The position numbers and the translations under genes are program-made. Shown here in pieces: positions 35,714 through 45,433 of a stretch of DNA of 64,000 nucleotides (the first letter of the stretch is position 1; each line of letters begins with the position of its first letter). The notes under the pieces were generated by a model that ran no database searches, was not told the origin of the DNA, and saw nothing but the letters and a program-made list of their open reading frames with translations. This DNA comes from an uncultured Rhodobacteraceae bacterium (GTDB lineage: Bacteria > Pseudomonadota > Alphaproteobacteria > Rhodobacterales > Rhodobacteraceae), in NCBI GenBank assembly GCA_947501355.1, contig CANMVA010000001.1, forward strand, positions 1,695,492-1,759,491, in the 5' to 3' direction.

Positions 35714-36946
35714 ATGCTCCGACAGGTCTTGGACACGTCATTCGTCCGAGCACAGTTCCCATCGTTCACTGAGCCCTCGCTCAGAGGTCACGCATTCTTC
35801 GAGAATGCGGGGGGCTCTTACATGTGTCGTCAGGTGATCTGGCGCTTCTCGCGGTTCTTCAAAGAGCGCAATGTCCAGCCCTATGGCGCATTCCCCGCCT
35901 CGATGTTGGCGGGCGACGAAATGGACGACGCGCGCGAACGTCTGGCGCGGATGCTGGGGGTGACCACGGACGAGCTGTCCTTCGGTCCCTCCACCACGCA
36001 AAACGTCTATGTGCTGGCGCAGGCCTTTGGGGAGTGGCTTAACCCCGGCGACGCGATTGTCGTGACCAATCAGGATCACGAGGCCAATACGGGCGCATGG
36101 CGCAAGCTGGCCGCCCGCGGCATCGAGGTGCGCGAGTGGCAGATCAACCCGGAGACAGGGCTGTTGGATCTGGACACGCTGGCGCCACTTCTGGAAGGCC
36201 GGGTCCGGCTGGTCTGCTTTCCCCATTGCTCGAATGTGATCGGGGCGATCAACCCGGTGAAGGCGATCTGTCAGCGCGTGCACAAGGCCGGTGCTTTCGC
36301 CTGCGTGGACGGGGTCAGCTACGCGCCGCACGGGCTGCCCAATGTCGAAAAGCTGGAAGCGGATATCTACCTCTTTTCCGCCTACAAGACCTATGGCCCG
36401 CATCAGGGGCTGATGGTGATCCGCACCGCCCTTGGCACGGCCTTGCCCAACCAGGCCCATGATTTCAATGGGGATGCGCTTTACAAGCGCTTCACCCCCG
36501 CCGGGCCAGCCCATGCGGAGATCGCCGCGAGTGCGGGAATTGCGGATTATCTGGATGCGCTCTACCGGCATCATTTCAAAACCGGGCGCGACGGGGCGGG
36601 GCGCGCGGAAAGCGTTGCGGCCGTGATGCGCAAACATGAGCTGTCGCTGATGGGGCCGCTGATGGACTATCTGGAAAGCCGTGAAGACTGGCGTCTGCTG
36701 GGCCCCAAAACGGCCGCCGACCGTGTGCCGACTTTCGCATTGAAACTGCCGGGTGATCCTGCACAGGCCGTGCGCGCGCTTGCCAAGCGTGGGATCATGG
36801 CCGGATCGGGTGATTTTTATGCCGTTCGCCCGTTGGAGGCGATGGGGATCGGACCCGATCCCAGCGTCCTGCGCCTCAGTTTTGTGCATTACACCACCGC
36901 TCAAGAGGTTGAACGTCTGATTGACGCCCTAGATCACATCAGGTGA
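35714..36946 (+). CDS. class V aminotransferase / cysteine desulfurase-like PLP enzyme
   Basis: FENAGGSY, VTNQDHEAN, HCSNVIG and FSAYKTYGP (PLP Lys context). 410 aa. Confidence 0.82.
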   Translation: MLRQVLDTSFVRAQFPSFTEPSLRGHAFFENAGGSYMCRQVIWRFSRFFKERNVQPYGAFPASMLAGDEMDDARERLARMLGVTTDELSFGPSTTQNVYVLAQAFGEWLNPGDAIVVTNQDHEANTGAWRKLAARGIEVREWQINPETGLLDLDTLAPLLEGRVRLVCFPHCSNVIGAINPVKAICQRVHKAGAFACVDGVSYAPHGLPNVEKLEADIYLFSAYKTYGPHQGLMVIRTALGTALPNQAHDFNGDALYKRFTPAGPAHAEIAASAGIADYLDALYRHHFKTGRDGAGRAESVAAVMRKHELSLMGPLMDYLESREDWRLLGPKTAADRVPTFALKLPGDPAQAVRALAKRGIMAGSGDFYAVRPLEAMGIGPDPSVLRLSFVHYTTAQEVERLIDALDHIR

Positions 36947-36978
36947 CACGCGCGGGGGCCAGCCCCGCCTTGAGCAGG

Positions 36979-38412
36979 ATGAGACGGATGGGCAACGACA
37001 AGGCTCCGGTATTGATGTGGTTTCGCCGTGATTTGCGGCTGGGGGATCACCCCGCGCTTGTGGCGGCTTGCGACAGTGGCCGCCCGGTGATCCCGGTTTT
37101 CATACATGACGAAGTGGTCGAACGCCACGGCGCGGCTCCCAAATGGCGGCTGGGGCTGGGTGTGGCCAAGTTGGCCGAAGCGCTTGAGGACAAGGGCAGC
37201 CGCCTGATCCTGCGCCGAGGCAACGCGCTTCAGGTGCTGCGGGACCTGATCTCTGAAACCGGGGCAGGCGCTGTTTACTGGTCTCGCCTTTATGATCCGG
37301 AGGCGAAGGAACGCGATACGGACATCAAATCCGTCTTGAAAGACGACGGGATCGAGGCGAAATCCTTCGCAGGTCATCTCTTGTTTGAGCCTTGGACGGT
37401 CGAGACTAAGACAGGCGGGTTCTACAAGGTCTACACACCGATGTGGCGCATGGTGAAAGACCGCGATGTGCCGTCTGATATTGCAGCACCCGGGAGCATC
37501 CCCGCACCGGACAACTGGCCGAAATCAGACAATCTGGACGATTGGCAGATGGGAGCCGCCATGCGGCGCGGGGCCGAGATTGTCCTGCCGCACACAAATG
37601 TGGGGGAGGCGGCGGCGTCCTCCCGTCTGGGCAATTTCATCTCAAACTGGGTGGCTGACTATAACACCAACCGCGATTTGCCCGCCGTCAAAGGCACCTC
37701 CGGTCTCAGCGAGAACCTCACTTATGGCGAGATCAGCCCGCGCCGGTGCTGGCACGCCGGAATGCGCGCCCTGCAAGAGGGCAAGGATGATGCCGAAGTG
37801 TTCCTCAAGGAACTGGTCTGGCGCGAGTTTGCCTATCATCTGGTCCATCACACCCCCCGGATCGTGTCGGAGAACTGGAAAGAAGACTGGGACGCGTTCC
37901 CGTGGAACGAGGACGAGCGCAAGGCCGAGGTCAAAGCCTGGAAACAGGGACGCACGGGCATAGAGTTTGTCGATGCAGCCATGCGCGAGATGTATGTCAC
38001 CGGCACCATGCACAACCGTGGGCGCATGATCGTAGCGTCCTATCTGACGAAGCATCTCATCTGTCATTGGAAGATCGGTCTGAACTGGTTTGAGGACTGC
38101 CTGATCGACTGGGACCCGGCCTCCAACGCGATGGGCTGGCAGTGGTCGGCGGGCTCCGGTCCTGACGCGACGCCCTATTTCCGCGTCTTCAACCCGGTCA
38201 CCCAGCTCGATAAGTTCGACAGGAACCGCGACTATACCGGGGCATGGATTGCCGAAGGCCGCTCCAATCCGTCAAAGACCGCCTTGTCCTATTTTGAGGC
38301 GATCCCGCAGAGTTGGGCAATGTCGCCGTCTGATGACTATCCTGCACCCATCGTGACGCCGGATGACGGACGTCAACGCGCCTTGTCAGCCTATGAAAAC
38401 CGCGACTTTTAA
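36979..38412 (+). CDS. phrB: deoxyribodipyrimidine photolyase / cryptochrome family protein
   Basis: VLMWFRRDLRLGDHPAL, WREFAYH, TGIEFVDAAMREMYVTGTMHNRGRMIVASYL and GWQWSAGSG. Start ambiguous: GTG 36943 (GTGA overlap), ATG 36979 or ATG 36988. Confidence 0.9.
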   Translation: MRRMGNDKAPVLMWFRRDLRLGDHPALVAACDSGRPVIPVFIHDEVVERHGAAPKWRLGLGVAKLAEALEDKGSRLILRRGNALQVLRDLISETGAGAVYWSRLYDPEAKERDTDIKSVLKDDGIEAKSFAGHLLFEPWTVETKTGGFYKVYTPMWRMVKDRDVPSDIAAPGSIPAPDNWPKSDNLDDWQMGAAMRRGAEIVLPHTNVGEAAASSRLGNFISNWVADYNTNRDLPAVKGTSGLSENLTYGEISPRRCWHAGMRALQEGKDDAEVFLKELVWREFAYHLVHHTPRIVSENWKEDWDAFPWNEDERKAEVKAWKQGRTGIEFVDAAMREMYVTGTMHNRGRMIVASYLTKHLICHWKIGLNWFEDCLIDWDPASNAMGWQWSAGSGPDATPYFRVFNPVTQLDKFDRNRDYTGAWIAEGRSNPSKTALSYFEAIPQSWAMSPSDDYPAPIVTPDDGRQRALSAYENRDF

Positions 38413-38468
38413 ACGGAAAATCAAACCCATGGCGCTTGTTCAGCGAAAACAGGACGTGTAAACCTGCC

Positions 38469-39704
38469 ATGACAGTTCAGGGGAAAGCCAACGTGACCAT
38501 TCTCACCTCGACCGAGGGGCAGGAGAACCTGCCGCGCTATTTCAGCCATGTCTTCGAGATGGCGCAGAACATGAATAATGGTCGCGCGGATTTCATCCTG
38601 CCCGATGGTCGTATCTTCCGGGCAGAGGGAAAAAACCCCGGCTTTGTCGGCGTGATCGAGATCCACAATGCTGATCTGTTCACCCGCCTGATCCGCGAAG
38701 GGGATCTGGGCTTTTGTGACGCCTATCTGGACGGCTGGTGGAGCACCCCGGACCTGCAGGCCTTCATGGATCTGGTCCATGCCGACAATGAAGACATGTA
38801 TGACGGCTTCCCCGGCCAGCGCTTCATTCGTGCTTACGAGCAGCTGCGGTTCTGGCTGCAGTCCAACTCGAAAAAGCAAGCGCGCAAGAACATCAGCCAC
38901 CACTATGATCTGGGCAATGAATTTTACGGCCTTTGGCTGGACGACACGATGACCTATTCTTCAGCCCTGTTCGAGACGGGGCAGGAGAGCCTCGAGGCGG
39001 CTCAGATCAAGAAATACGCCAGCATGGTCGATCAGATGGGCGCCAAGGAGGGCGATCATGTGCTTGAGATCGGCTGCGGCTGGGGCGGGTTTGCAGAATA
39101 TGCCGCCAAGGAACGCGGGCTGCGCGTCACAGGCCTGACGATCAGCCGCGAGCAGCATGATTACGCGGTAGAGCGGATCGCGAAAGCCGGGCTTTCCGAC
39201 CGGGTCGAGATCAAATTGCAGGACTACCGTGACGAAAAAGGCACCTATGACGGCATCGCCTCCATCGAGATGTTCGAGGCCGTGGGCGAGAAATACTGGC
39301 CGGTTTATTTCGACAGTGTCAAAGCCTGCCTGAAGCCCGGCGCGCATGCCACGTTGCAGATCATCACCGTCGAGGACCGCCGCTGGGAGGTGTATAAGCG
39401 GGGCGTTGATTTCATTCAGAAATATATCTTTCCGGGGGGTATGTTACCCAGCCCCACAATGCTCCGCAAGGCGGTCGAAAACGCCGGCCTCTCCGTCGCG
39501 CATTCCATCGAGTTCGGGCCCAGCTATGACGTGACGCTGCGCCGCTGGTATCAGGATTTCAACGACAAATGGGATCAGGTTGCCGCCCTTGGATTTGATG
39601 ATCGCTTCCGCCGGATGTGGAATTTTTACCTGACCTCTTGTGCGTCCACCTTTCAAAGCGGAAACTGCGACGTGACGCAAATCACAGTGACGCGCCCCGC
39701 CTGA
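38469..39704 (+). CDS. cfa: cyclopropane-fatty-acyl-phospholipid synthase family SAM-dependent methyltransferase
   Basis: HHYDLGNEFYGLWLDDTMTYSSALF, VLEIGCGWGGFA, SIEMFEAVG and FIQKYIFPGG. Confidence 0.9.
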   Translation: MTVQGKANVTILTSTEGQENLPRYFSHVFEMAQNMNNGRADFILPDGRIFRAEGKNPGFVGVIEIHNADLFTRLIREGDLGFCDAYLDGWWSTPDLQAFMDLVHADNEDMYDGFPGQRFIRAYEQLRFWLQSNSKKQARKNISHHYDLGNEFYGLWLDDTMTYSSALFETGQESLEAAQIKKYASMVDQMGAKEGDHVLEIGCGWGGFAEYAAKERGLRVTGLTISREQHDYAVERIAKAGLSDRVEIKLQDYRDEKGTYDGIASIEMFEAVGEKYWPVYFDSVKACLKPGAHATLQIITVEDRRWEVYKRGVDFIQKYIFPGGMLPSPTMLRKAVENAGLSVAHSIEFGPSYDVTLRRWYQDFNDKWDQVAALGFDDRFRRMWNFYLTSCASTFQSGNCDVTQITVTRPA

Positions 39705-39724
39705 GCCGGGGTCAGGAAAGCCCA

Positions 39725-40165
39725 ATGCCCACATTCGCCCGCCTTGTTGCCGCCGTTCTTTTCGCAGCGCTTGCGTGGTGGGTGTCGGGATTGATCGTGC
39801 CGCTGATGCCCAATGAACGGCCCATGGGGTATTTCGCGCTCATCAACGCGGCCATCGGTCTGATCATGGGCTGGCGCATCCAGGGCGGGCGCGCAGGCAA
39901 CGGCTATAATGCGGCCATCGGGATCAGCTTGACCACGGTGGCGGCGATTGTGTTCTGGGGCCTTTTGATCAATTCCAGCATCGTCATGGTCGAGCTGTCT
40001 TTGCGCAAAAGCTATGACGGCGCGGTCGAGGCCGTCGTCGGCGTGGTCGATCTGATGGCTGTGCATGGCCGGATCATGCTGGATGCGACGGTGATCGGCA
40101 CTCTGGTCGTCGGCGGTCTGGTGATCGGCATGGTGACCGAATGGGCCAGCCGGCGCGCGCATTGA
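39725..40165 (+). CDS. trgA: TrgA-like membrane protein
   Basis: 146-aa four-TM protein (MPTFARLVAAVLFAALAWWVSG). The call rests mainly on the trgA-trgB-cysK synteny known from Rhodobacter sphaeroides. Confidence 0.6.
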   Translation: MPTFARLVAAVLFAALAWWVSGLIVPLMPNERPMGYFALINAAIGLIMGWRIQGGRAGNGYNAAIGISLTTVAAIVFWGLLINSSIVMVELSLRKSYDGAVEAVVGVVDLMAVHGRIMLDATVIGTLVVGGLVIGMVTEWASRRAH

Positions 40166-40178
40166 GGACGGGTCGCGC

Positions 40179-41285
40179 GTGAGCTTACCGCTCTTTTTCT
40201 TCGGAACTCTACGCTACCTGCCGCTTTTGGAGCAGGTCCTGGGGCGTGCGGTTTCGGTCGTGCCTGCGCGGCTGGATGGCGTGTCGGCTTATTGGGTGGC
40301 CGGGCAGCCCTTTCCGACCTTGCAGGAGGGCGGGGCTGTCGAGGGCGTGTTGCTGCGTGATGCCACCGCGGCGGATATCGCGCGCCTCGATTTCTACGAA
40401 GGGGGTTTCGGCTATCATCTGGTGGATGTCATGGTCGCGACAGCAGACGGACCCGTGGCCGCGCAGGTCTATCGCAGCGACACGGCGTTTGAGATTGGTG
40501 CACGCTGGGGACTGGACGACTGGATCGCGACCTATGGCGAGATCACGCTGCAGGCCGCGCGCGAGGTGATGGAGGGCTTTGGTCAGATCAGCCCCGAAAC
40601 GGTCGCGCAGCGTTTTGATATGATCCGCGCGCGGGCCGGGGCGGTGGTGAACGCGCGACGTGAGCCGTCGGCGGCCAGCGCCTCCGGGCTGACAGCGGCG
40701 GATGTCGAGGTCGCGCAAACCCGGCGGCCCTATACCCATTACTTCTCGCTCCAAGAGATGACTCTGCGCCACCGCCGCTACGACGGCGCGATGAGTGCTG
40801 AGGTGGAACGCGCGGTTTTCGTCGCCACAGATGTGGCCATCGTCCTGCCTTACGATCCAGTGCGCGACCGGGTGCTGCTGGTCGAGCAGTTCCGCATGGG
40901 GCCGTTTGCGCGTGGCGATGTGCATCCCTGGTCGCTGGAGCCTATCGCGGGCCGCATCGACACGGTAGAGACCGCCGAGCAGACCGCGCGGCGCGAGGCG
41001 ATGGAGGAGGCCGGGCTGGAGCTGGGCGCGCTCCATCTGATTGCATCTTGCTACCCAAGCCCTGGGGCCACGACCGAGTACTTCACGTCCTTTCTGGGGA
41101 TTGCGGATTTACCGGATGATGTGACCGGGGTTGGCGGGCTTGCGAGCGAGCATGAGGATATCCGGTCAACGCTGGTCTCGTTCGAGACGCTCATCCAGAT
41201 GGCGCGGGACGATGCGATCTCCAACGCGCCTCTGGTGATGGCGGCGTGGTGGCTGGCGGCGCATCGTGCAGGGCTGCGCGCTTGA
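40179..41285 (+). CDS. trgB: TrgB-like fusion: gamma-glutamylcyclotransferase-like N-terminal domain plus NUDIX hydrolase C-terminal domain
   Basis: LFFFGTLRYLPLLEQVLGR (AIG2/GGCT-like) and the Nudix box GRIDTVETAEQTARREAMEEAGLE. GTG start. Confidence 0.75.
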   Translation: MSLPLFFFGTLRYLPLLEQVLGRAVSVVPARLDGVSAYWVAGQPFPTLQEGGAVEGVLLRDATAADIARLDFYEGGFGYHLVDVMVATADGPVAAQVYRSDTAFEIGARWGLDDWIATYGEITLQAAREVMEGFGQISPETVAQRFDMIRARAGAVVNARREPSAASASGLTAADVEVAQTRRPYTHYFSLQEMTLRHRRYDGAMSAEVERAVFVATDVAIVLPYDPVRDRVLLVEQFRMGPFARGDVHPWSLEPIAGRIDTVETAEQTARREAMEEAGLELGALHLIASCYPSPGATTEYFTSFLGIADLPDDVTGVGGLASEHEDIRSTLVSFETLIQMARDDAISNAPLVMAAWWLAAHRAGLRA

Positions 41286-41327
41286 AGTCGTCGCGCGGGA
41301 CTGCGCGCTTGAGGTCGCTGCGCGGCC
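41274..41327. repeat. imperfect tandem duplication, 2 x 27 nt, spanning the trgB stop codon
   Basis: CTGCGCGCTTGAAGTCGTCGCGCGGGA / CTGCGCGCTTGAGGTCGCTGCGCGGCC, identical at 22 of 27 positions. Confidence 0.85.
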
Positions 41328-41368
41328 CCGCTACATCTTAGGACACAGACGCGATAAGGGCAGGGCGC

Positions 41369-42403
41369 ATGACACTTCACAAAGATCTGGCTTCGGCCAT
41401 CGGCAACACGCCACTGATCCGGCTCAACGCGGTCAGCGAGGCGACGGGCTGTGATATCTATGGCAAGGCGGAGTTCATGAATCCGGGCCAATCGGTCAAG
41501 GATCGCGCGGCGCTCTTCATCATTCGCGACGCCATTGCCTCTGGCGCATTGAAACCCGGTGGCACGATTGTCGAAGGCACCGCGGGCAATACAGGGATCG
41601 GGCTGGCGCTGGTCGGGGCCTCCATGGGGTTCAAATCGGTGATCGTGATCCCCGAGACCCAGAGCCAGGAAAAGAAGGATATGTTGACGCTTGCGGGCGC
41701 TGAGCTGGTGCAAGTCCCCGCAGCGCCCTATAAAAATCCGAATAATTACGTGCGCTACTCGCAGCGTTTGGCTGAAAAACTTGCACAAACCGAACCGAAT
41801 GGCGCAATCTGGGCCAATCAGTTCGATAACACGGCAAACCGACAGGCGCATATCGAAACCACCGGGCCGGAGATCTGGGAACAGACCGGCGGCAAGGTCG
41901 ACGGCTTCATCTGTGCCGCGGGCTCTGGCGGCACGGTCGCGGGCGTCGGCTCTGTCCTGCAGCCCAAAGGCGTGAAGGTCGGTCTGGCCGACCCCGACGG
42001 GGCGGCGCTGCATTCATTCTACACCGAAGGCGTGCTGAAATCAGATGGTAGCTCGATCAGCGAAGGGATCGGGCAGGGCCGCATCACGAAGAACCTCGAA
42101 GGGTTCACGCCGGATATGTCCTTCAACATTCCCGACAGCGAAGCACTACCGATCATCTTCGATCTGCTCCGCGATGAAGGGCTGGTGATGGGCGGCTCGA
42201 CCGGGGTTAACATCGCAGGCGCCGTGCGCATGGCCAAAGAGATGGGGCCGGGCCACATGATCGTCACCATTCTTTGCGATTACGGCACGCGCTATCAATC
42301 CAAGCTCTTCAATCCGGAGTTCCTGCGCTCCAAGGACCTGCCGGTGCCGGATTGGATGACGGCGGAGCCTGCTGCGATCCCCACTGTGTTCGAGGACGTA
42401 TGA
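41369..42403 (+). CDS. cysK: cysteine synthase (O-acetylserine sulfhydrylase family, PLP-dependent)
   Basis: IGNTPLIRLN, NPGQSVKDRAAL (PLP Lys) and TIVEGTAGNTGIGLA. Confidence 0.9.
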   Translation: MTLHKDLASAIGNTPLIRLNAVSEATGCDIYGKAEFMNPGQSVKDRAALFIIRDAIASGALKPGGTIVEGTAGNTGIGLALVGASMGFKSVIVIPETQSQEKKDMLTLAGAELVQVPAAPYKNPNNYVRYSQRLAEKLAQTEPNGAIWANQFDNTANRQAHIETTGPEIWEQTGGKVDGFICAAGSGGTVAGVGSVLQPKGVKVGLADPDGAALHSFYTEGVLKSDGSSISEGIGQGRITKNLEGFTPDMSFNIPDSEALPIIFDLLRDEGLVMGGSTGVNIAGAVRMAKEMGPGHMIVTILCDYGTRYQSKLFNPEFLRSKDLPVPDWMTAEPAAIPTVFEDV

Positions 42404-44718
42404 CAACCCTTCGTCTGTGCCTGGCCCTCGTCTTTATCGCGCTGGCGCCCGTGGCGTGGGCGCAATCCCTCACGGCTGAGCAATACCGCGCCTGGTCCGA
42501 CACGGCAGAGCGGGCGGAAGAGGCGATTGCCGCCGGACGCGCCTCAAACGCCGCGTTGGAGCAGTTGCGCAGCGATCTTGTCGGCTGGCGCGAGGATTTT
42601 GACGAAGGTCAGAACGTCAACGCGGCACAAATCCGAACGGTGCAGTCCCGCCTGTCATCGCTTGGGCCGCCCCCGCCCGATGGGGAGACCGAACCGACCG
42701 AAGTGGCAGACCGCCGTGCCGAGCTGACAGAGCAGCTTAGCGCGCTCCGGGCGCCTCAGGTTCAGGCCGAAGATGCGTTCAGCCGTGCCGACAGCCTGAT
42801 CTTCGAGATCGACCGGATCATTCGTGAGCGGCAGACCGATGCGCTGATGGAGTTGGGGCCGACGCCTCTGGATCCCTCTAACTGGGGGACTGCCCTCACC
42901 TCGCTTGGCACAAGCATCAGGGCGGTCGGGGAAGAGGTCGTGGCCAGCTTTGGCACATCGGTCCAGCGCCGTGAGCTCAGGGAAAACCTGCCCACGATCC
43001 TGCTATATCTTGTTTTGGCGGTGCTCGCGCTCTTTCGGGGCAGGCATTGGCTGGATCGGCTGCAAAGCTGGCTTGATCGAAAGCGATCCCCTGCGCGACA
43101 ACGCGTGACCCATTATGCCATTTCGCTGGGGCAGGCGGTCATCCCGTTTCTGGGCCTGGTTCTGCTGGTAGAGGCCTTTTTTGACAGCGGCCTCGTGGGT
43201 CTGCGCGGCAACGTTATCCTTGATATCCTGCCCTTCGCCGGGGCGGTCTATTTGGGCGCGCGGTGGCTGGGGCGACTGACGTTTCCGCGCCGCGACGAAG
43301 TCGCAGGTCTGTTGGATGTCCCGTTGGAGGCCCGTCGCGCCGGACGGTTTTACGTGCAATTGGCCGGTGGTATCTTCTTTGCACAGGCGCTTCTGGTCAG
43401 CCTTGCAGAGTTCGAGAACTGGAGCGATGCCACCCGCAACATCGTCGCGTTCCCGTTCCTTCTGGCGCTCGGTTTCACGCTGACCCGTCTGGGCCGTCTT
43501 ATTCGCATAGGGGCGGCCAGTGATGCAGACGGCAGCGCCGATGCGCCGGCGCCTTACCGCAACCGCGTGCTCAACATGCTAGGCCGCGCGGTTATTCTGG
43601 TGGGCATTGCAGGCCCTGTCCTGGGGGCCATCGGGTATACCCAGGCGGCGCGGTTCCTGATTTATCCATCGGTTTTGACGCTGGGTCTGCTGGCGTTGAT
43701 CGTTGTTGTGCAGGACCTGGTCAGCCAGCTTTACGCGATCGTGACACGCCGCCGGGAGGTGCCCAGCGACTCGTTGACACCGGTGCTGATCGGGCTGTGC
43801 GTGGGTGCTGCGGCCCTGCCGCTGCTGGCGCTGATCTGGGGCGCGCGGGTCGCTGATCTGACCGAGCTGTGGACCCAGTTCCAGAACGGCATCCGCATTG
43901 GCGAGACGCGCATCTCGCCCAGCAATTTCCTGGCTTTTGCCCTGATTTTCACCGCGGGATATATCGCGACGCGGCTAATTCAGGGCACGTTGCGCAGTTC
44001 GGTACTGCCCAAGACCAAGCTGGATCTGGGCGGGCAGAACGCGGTTGTCTCAGGCCTCGGCTATGTGGGGATTTTCCTCGCCGCATTGATTGCGATCACG
44101 GCGGCGGGCATTGACCTGTCCTCGCTCGCCATCGTCGCCGGTGCGCTGTCCGTGGGCATCGGCTTTGGTCTACAAAACATTGTGTCCAACTTCGTCTCCG
44201 GGATTATCCTGTTGATTGAGCGACCCATCTCCGAGGGCGACTGGATCGAGGTCGGCGGCCAGATGGGGATCGTGCGCGATATCTCGGTCCGCTCCACACG
44301 GATCGAGACGTTCGACCGCACGGATGTGATCGTGCCGAATGCCGATCTTGTGTCGGGTATGGTCACCAACTGGACCCATGGCAACTCGGTCGGGCGGGTC
44401 ATTGTGCCGGTTGGCGTCGCCTATGGCACAGACACCAAATGGGTCGCTGATATCCTGATGGAGATCGCCAAAGCCCATCCGATGGTTCTGGCCAACCCGG
44501 CCCCTGCGGTGATCTTTCAGGGCTTCGGGGCCGACAGCCTCGATTTTGAGATCCGGGCGATCCTGCGCGATGTGAACTGGGTTCTGAGCGTGAAATCCGA
44601 TCTGAACCACGCCATCGCCGCCCGCTTTACCGAAGAAGGCATCGAGATTCCCTTCGCGCAGCGCGATGTGTGGCTGCGCAATCCCGAAACGCTGAAAGGA
44701 GGCGCGTCTAATGAGTGA
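42400..44718 (+). CDS. large mechanosensitive channel, MscK/KefA-like (MscS family)
   Basis: Signal peptide MTTLRLCLALVFIALAPVAWA, a coiled-coil periplasmic region, about 10 TM segments, and an MscS core (GFGLQNIVSNFVSGIILLIERPI, GDWIEV). The ATG overlaps the cysK stop. Confidence 0.88.
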   Translation: MTTLRLCLALVFIALAPVAWAQSLTAEQYRAWSDTAERAEEAIAAGRASNAALEQLRSDLVGWREDFDEGQNVNAAQIRTVQSRLSSLGPPPPDGETEPTEVADRRAELTEQLSALRAPQVQAEDAFSRADSLIFEIDRIIRERQTDALMELGPTPLDPSNWGTALTSLGTSIRAVGEEVVASFGTSVQRRELRENLPTILLYLVLAVLALFRGRHWLDRLQSWLDRKRSPARQRVTHYAISLGQAVIPFLGLVLLVEAFFDSGLVGLRGNVILDILPFAGAVYLGARWLGRLTFPRRDEVAGLLDVPLEARRAGRFYVQLAGGIFFAQALLVSLAEFENWSDATRNIVAFPFLLALGFTLTRLGRLIRIGAASDADGSADAPAPYRNRVLNMLGRAVILVGIAGPVLGAIGYTQAARFLIYPSVLTLGLLALIVVVQDLVSQLYAIVTRRREVPSDSLTPVLIGLCVGAAALPLLALIWGARVADLTELWTQFQNGIRIGETRISPSNFLAFALIFTAGYIATRLIQGTLRSSVLPKTKLDLGGQNAVVSGLGYVGIFLAALIAITAAGIDLSSLAIVAGALSVGIGFGLQNIVSNFVSGIILLIERPISEGDWIEVGGQMGIVRDISVRSTRIETFDRTDVIVPNADLVSGMVTNWTHGNSVGRVIVPVGVAYGTDTKWVADILMEIAKAHPMVLANPAPAVIFQGFGADSLDFEIRAILRDVNWVLSVKSDLNHAIAARFTEEGIEIPFAQRDVWLRNPETLKGGASNE

Positions 44719-45433
44719 GCTTCTGTTTCGCAGCGACCCCTATCTGCGCGATGCAGCGGGGGTGGTGACGGGGCTGACCGATGAGGGCGGCATCGTGCTG
44801 GATCAGACGATTTTCTATCCTACGGGCGGTGGGCAGCCCGGTGACAACGGGCGTCTCGTCTGGGACGGCGGCGCGTTGGAGATCGCCACGACGGTAAAAG
44901 GCGAAGGCGGCTCTGTTGTGCTGGTGCCTGCGGAGCCTGCACCGATGCCTGTCGTGGGGGCGGAGGTGCAACAACATCTCGACTGGGACCGCCGGCATCG
45001 CCACATGCGCGTGCACACGGCGCTTCATTTGCTGTCGGTGGTGATCCCTCTGCCCGTGACCGGGGGTGCGATTGGGGTCGAGAAGGGGCGTCTGGATTTC
45101 ATGATGCCTGAGCCGCCTGAGGATCGCGACGCGCTGGAGGCCGAGGTGAACGCCCTGATCGCGCGGGATTTGCGCGTCACCGAAGGCTGGATCACCGATG
45201 CAGAGCTTCAGGCAAACCCCGACCTGGTCAAGACCATGTCCGTCATGCCCCCGATGGGCAGCGGCAAAGTGCGGCTGATCGGGATTGGAGAGGGCGCAGA
45301 TCAAGTCGATCTGCAGCCCTGCGGCGGCACCCATGTGGCCTCCACCGCCGAAATAGGCGCGGTGCGTCTGGGCAAGATCGAGAACAAAGGTAAGCAGAAC
45401 CGCCGCATCAATCTGCATCTGGTCACGGGGTGA
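44711..45433 (+). CDS. alanyl-tRNA editing protein (AlaX-type)
   Basis: QTIFYPTGGGQPGD, HTALHLL and CGGTHV (the Zn motif of the AlaRS editing domain). Confidence 0.85.
   Translation: MSELLFRSDPYLRDAAGVVTGLTDEGGIVLDQTIFYPTGGGQPGDNGRLVWDGGALEIATTVKGEGGSVVLVPAEPAPMPVVGAEVQQHLDWDRRHRHMRVHTALHLLSVVIPLPVTGGAIGVEKGRLDFMMPEPPEDRDALEAEVNALIARDLRVTEGWITDAELQANPDLVKTMSVMPPMGSGKVRLIGIGEGADQVDLQPCGGTHVASTAEIGAVRLGKIENKGKQNRRINLHLVTG

Noticed and set aside
36762-36767. TGATCC hexamer as a possible RpoE(ChrR)-type -35 for the photolyase/cfa genes
   Set aside because: It lies inside the aminotransferase coding region about 200 nt from any photolyase start. No plausible -10 element sits at the expected spacing. 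A single hexamer match is not evidence.
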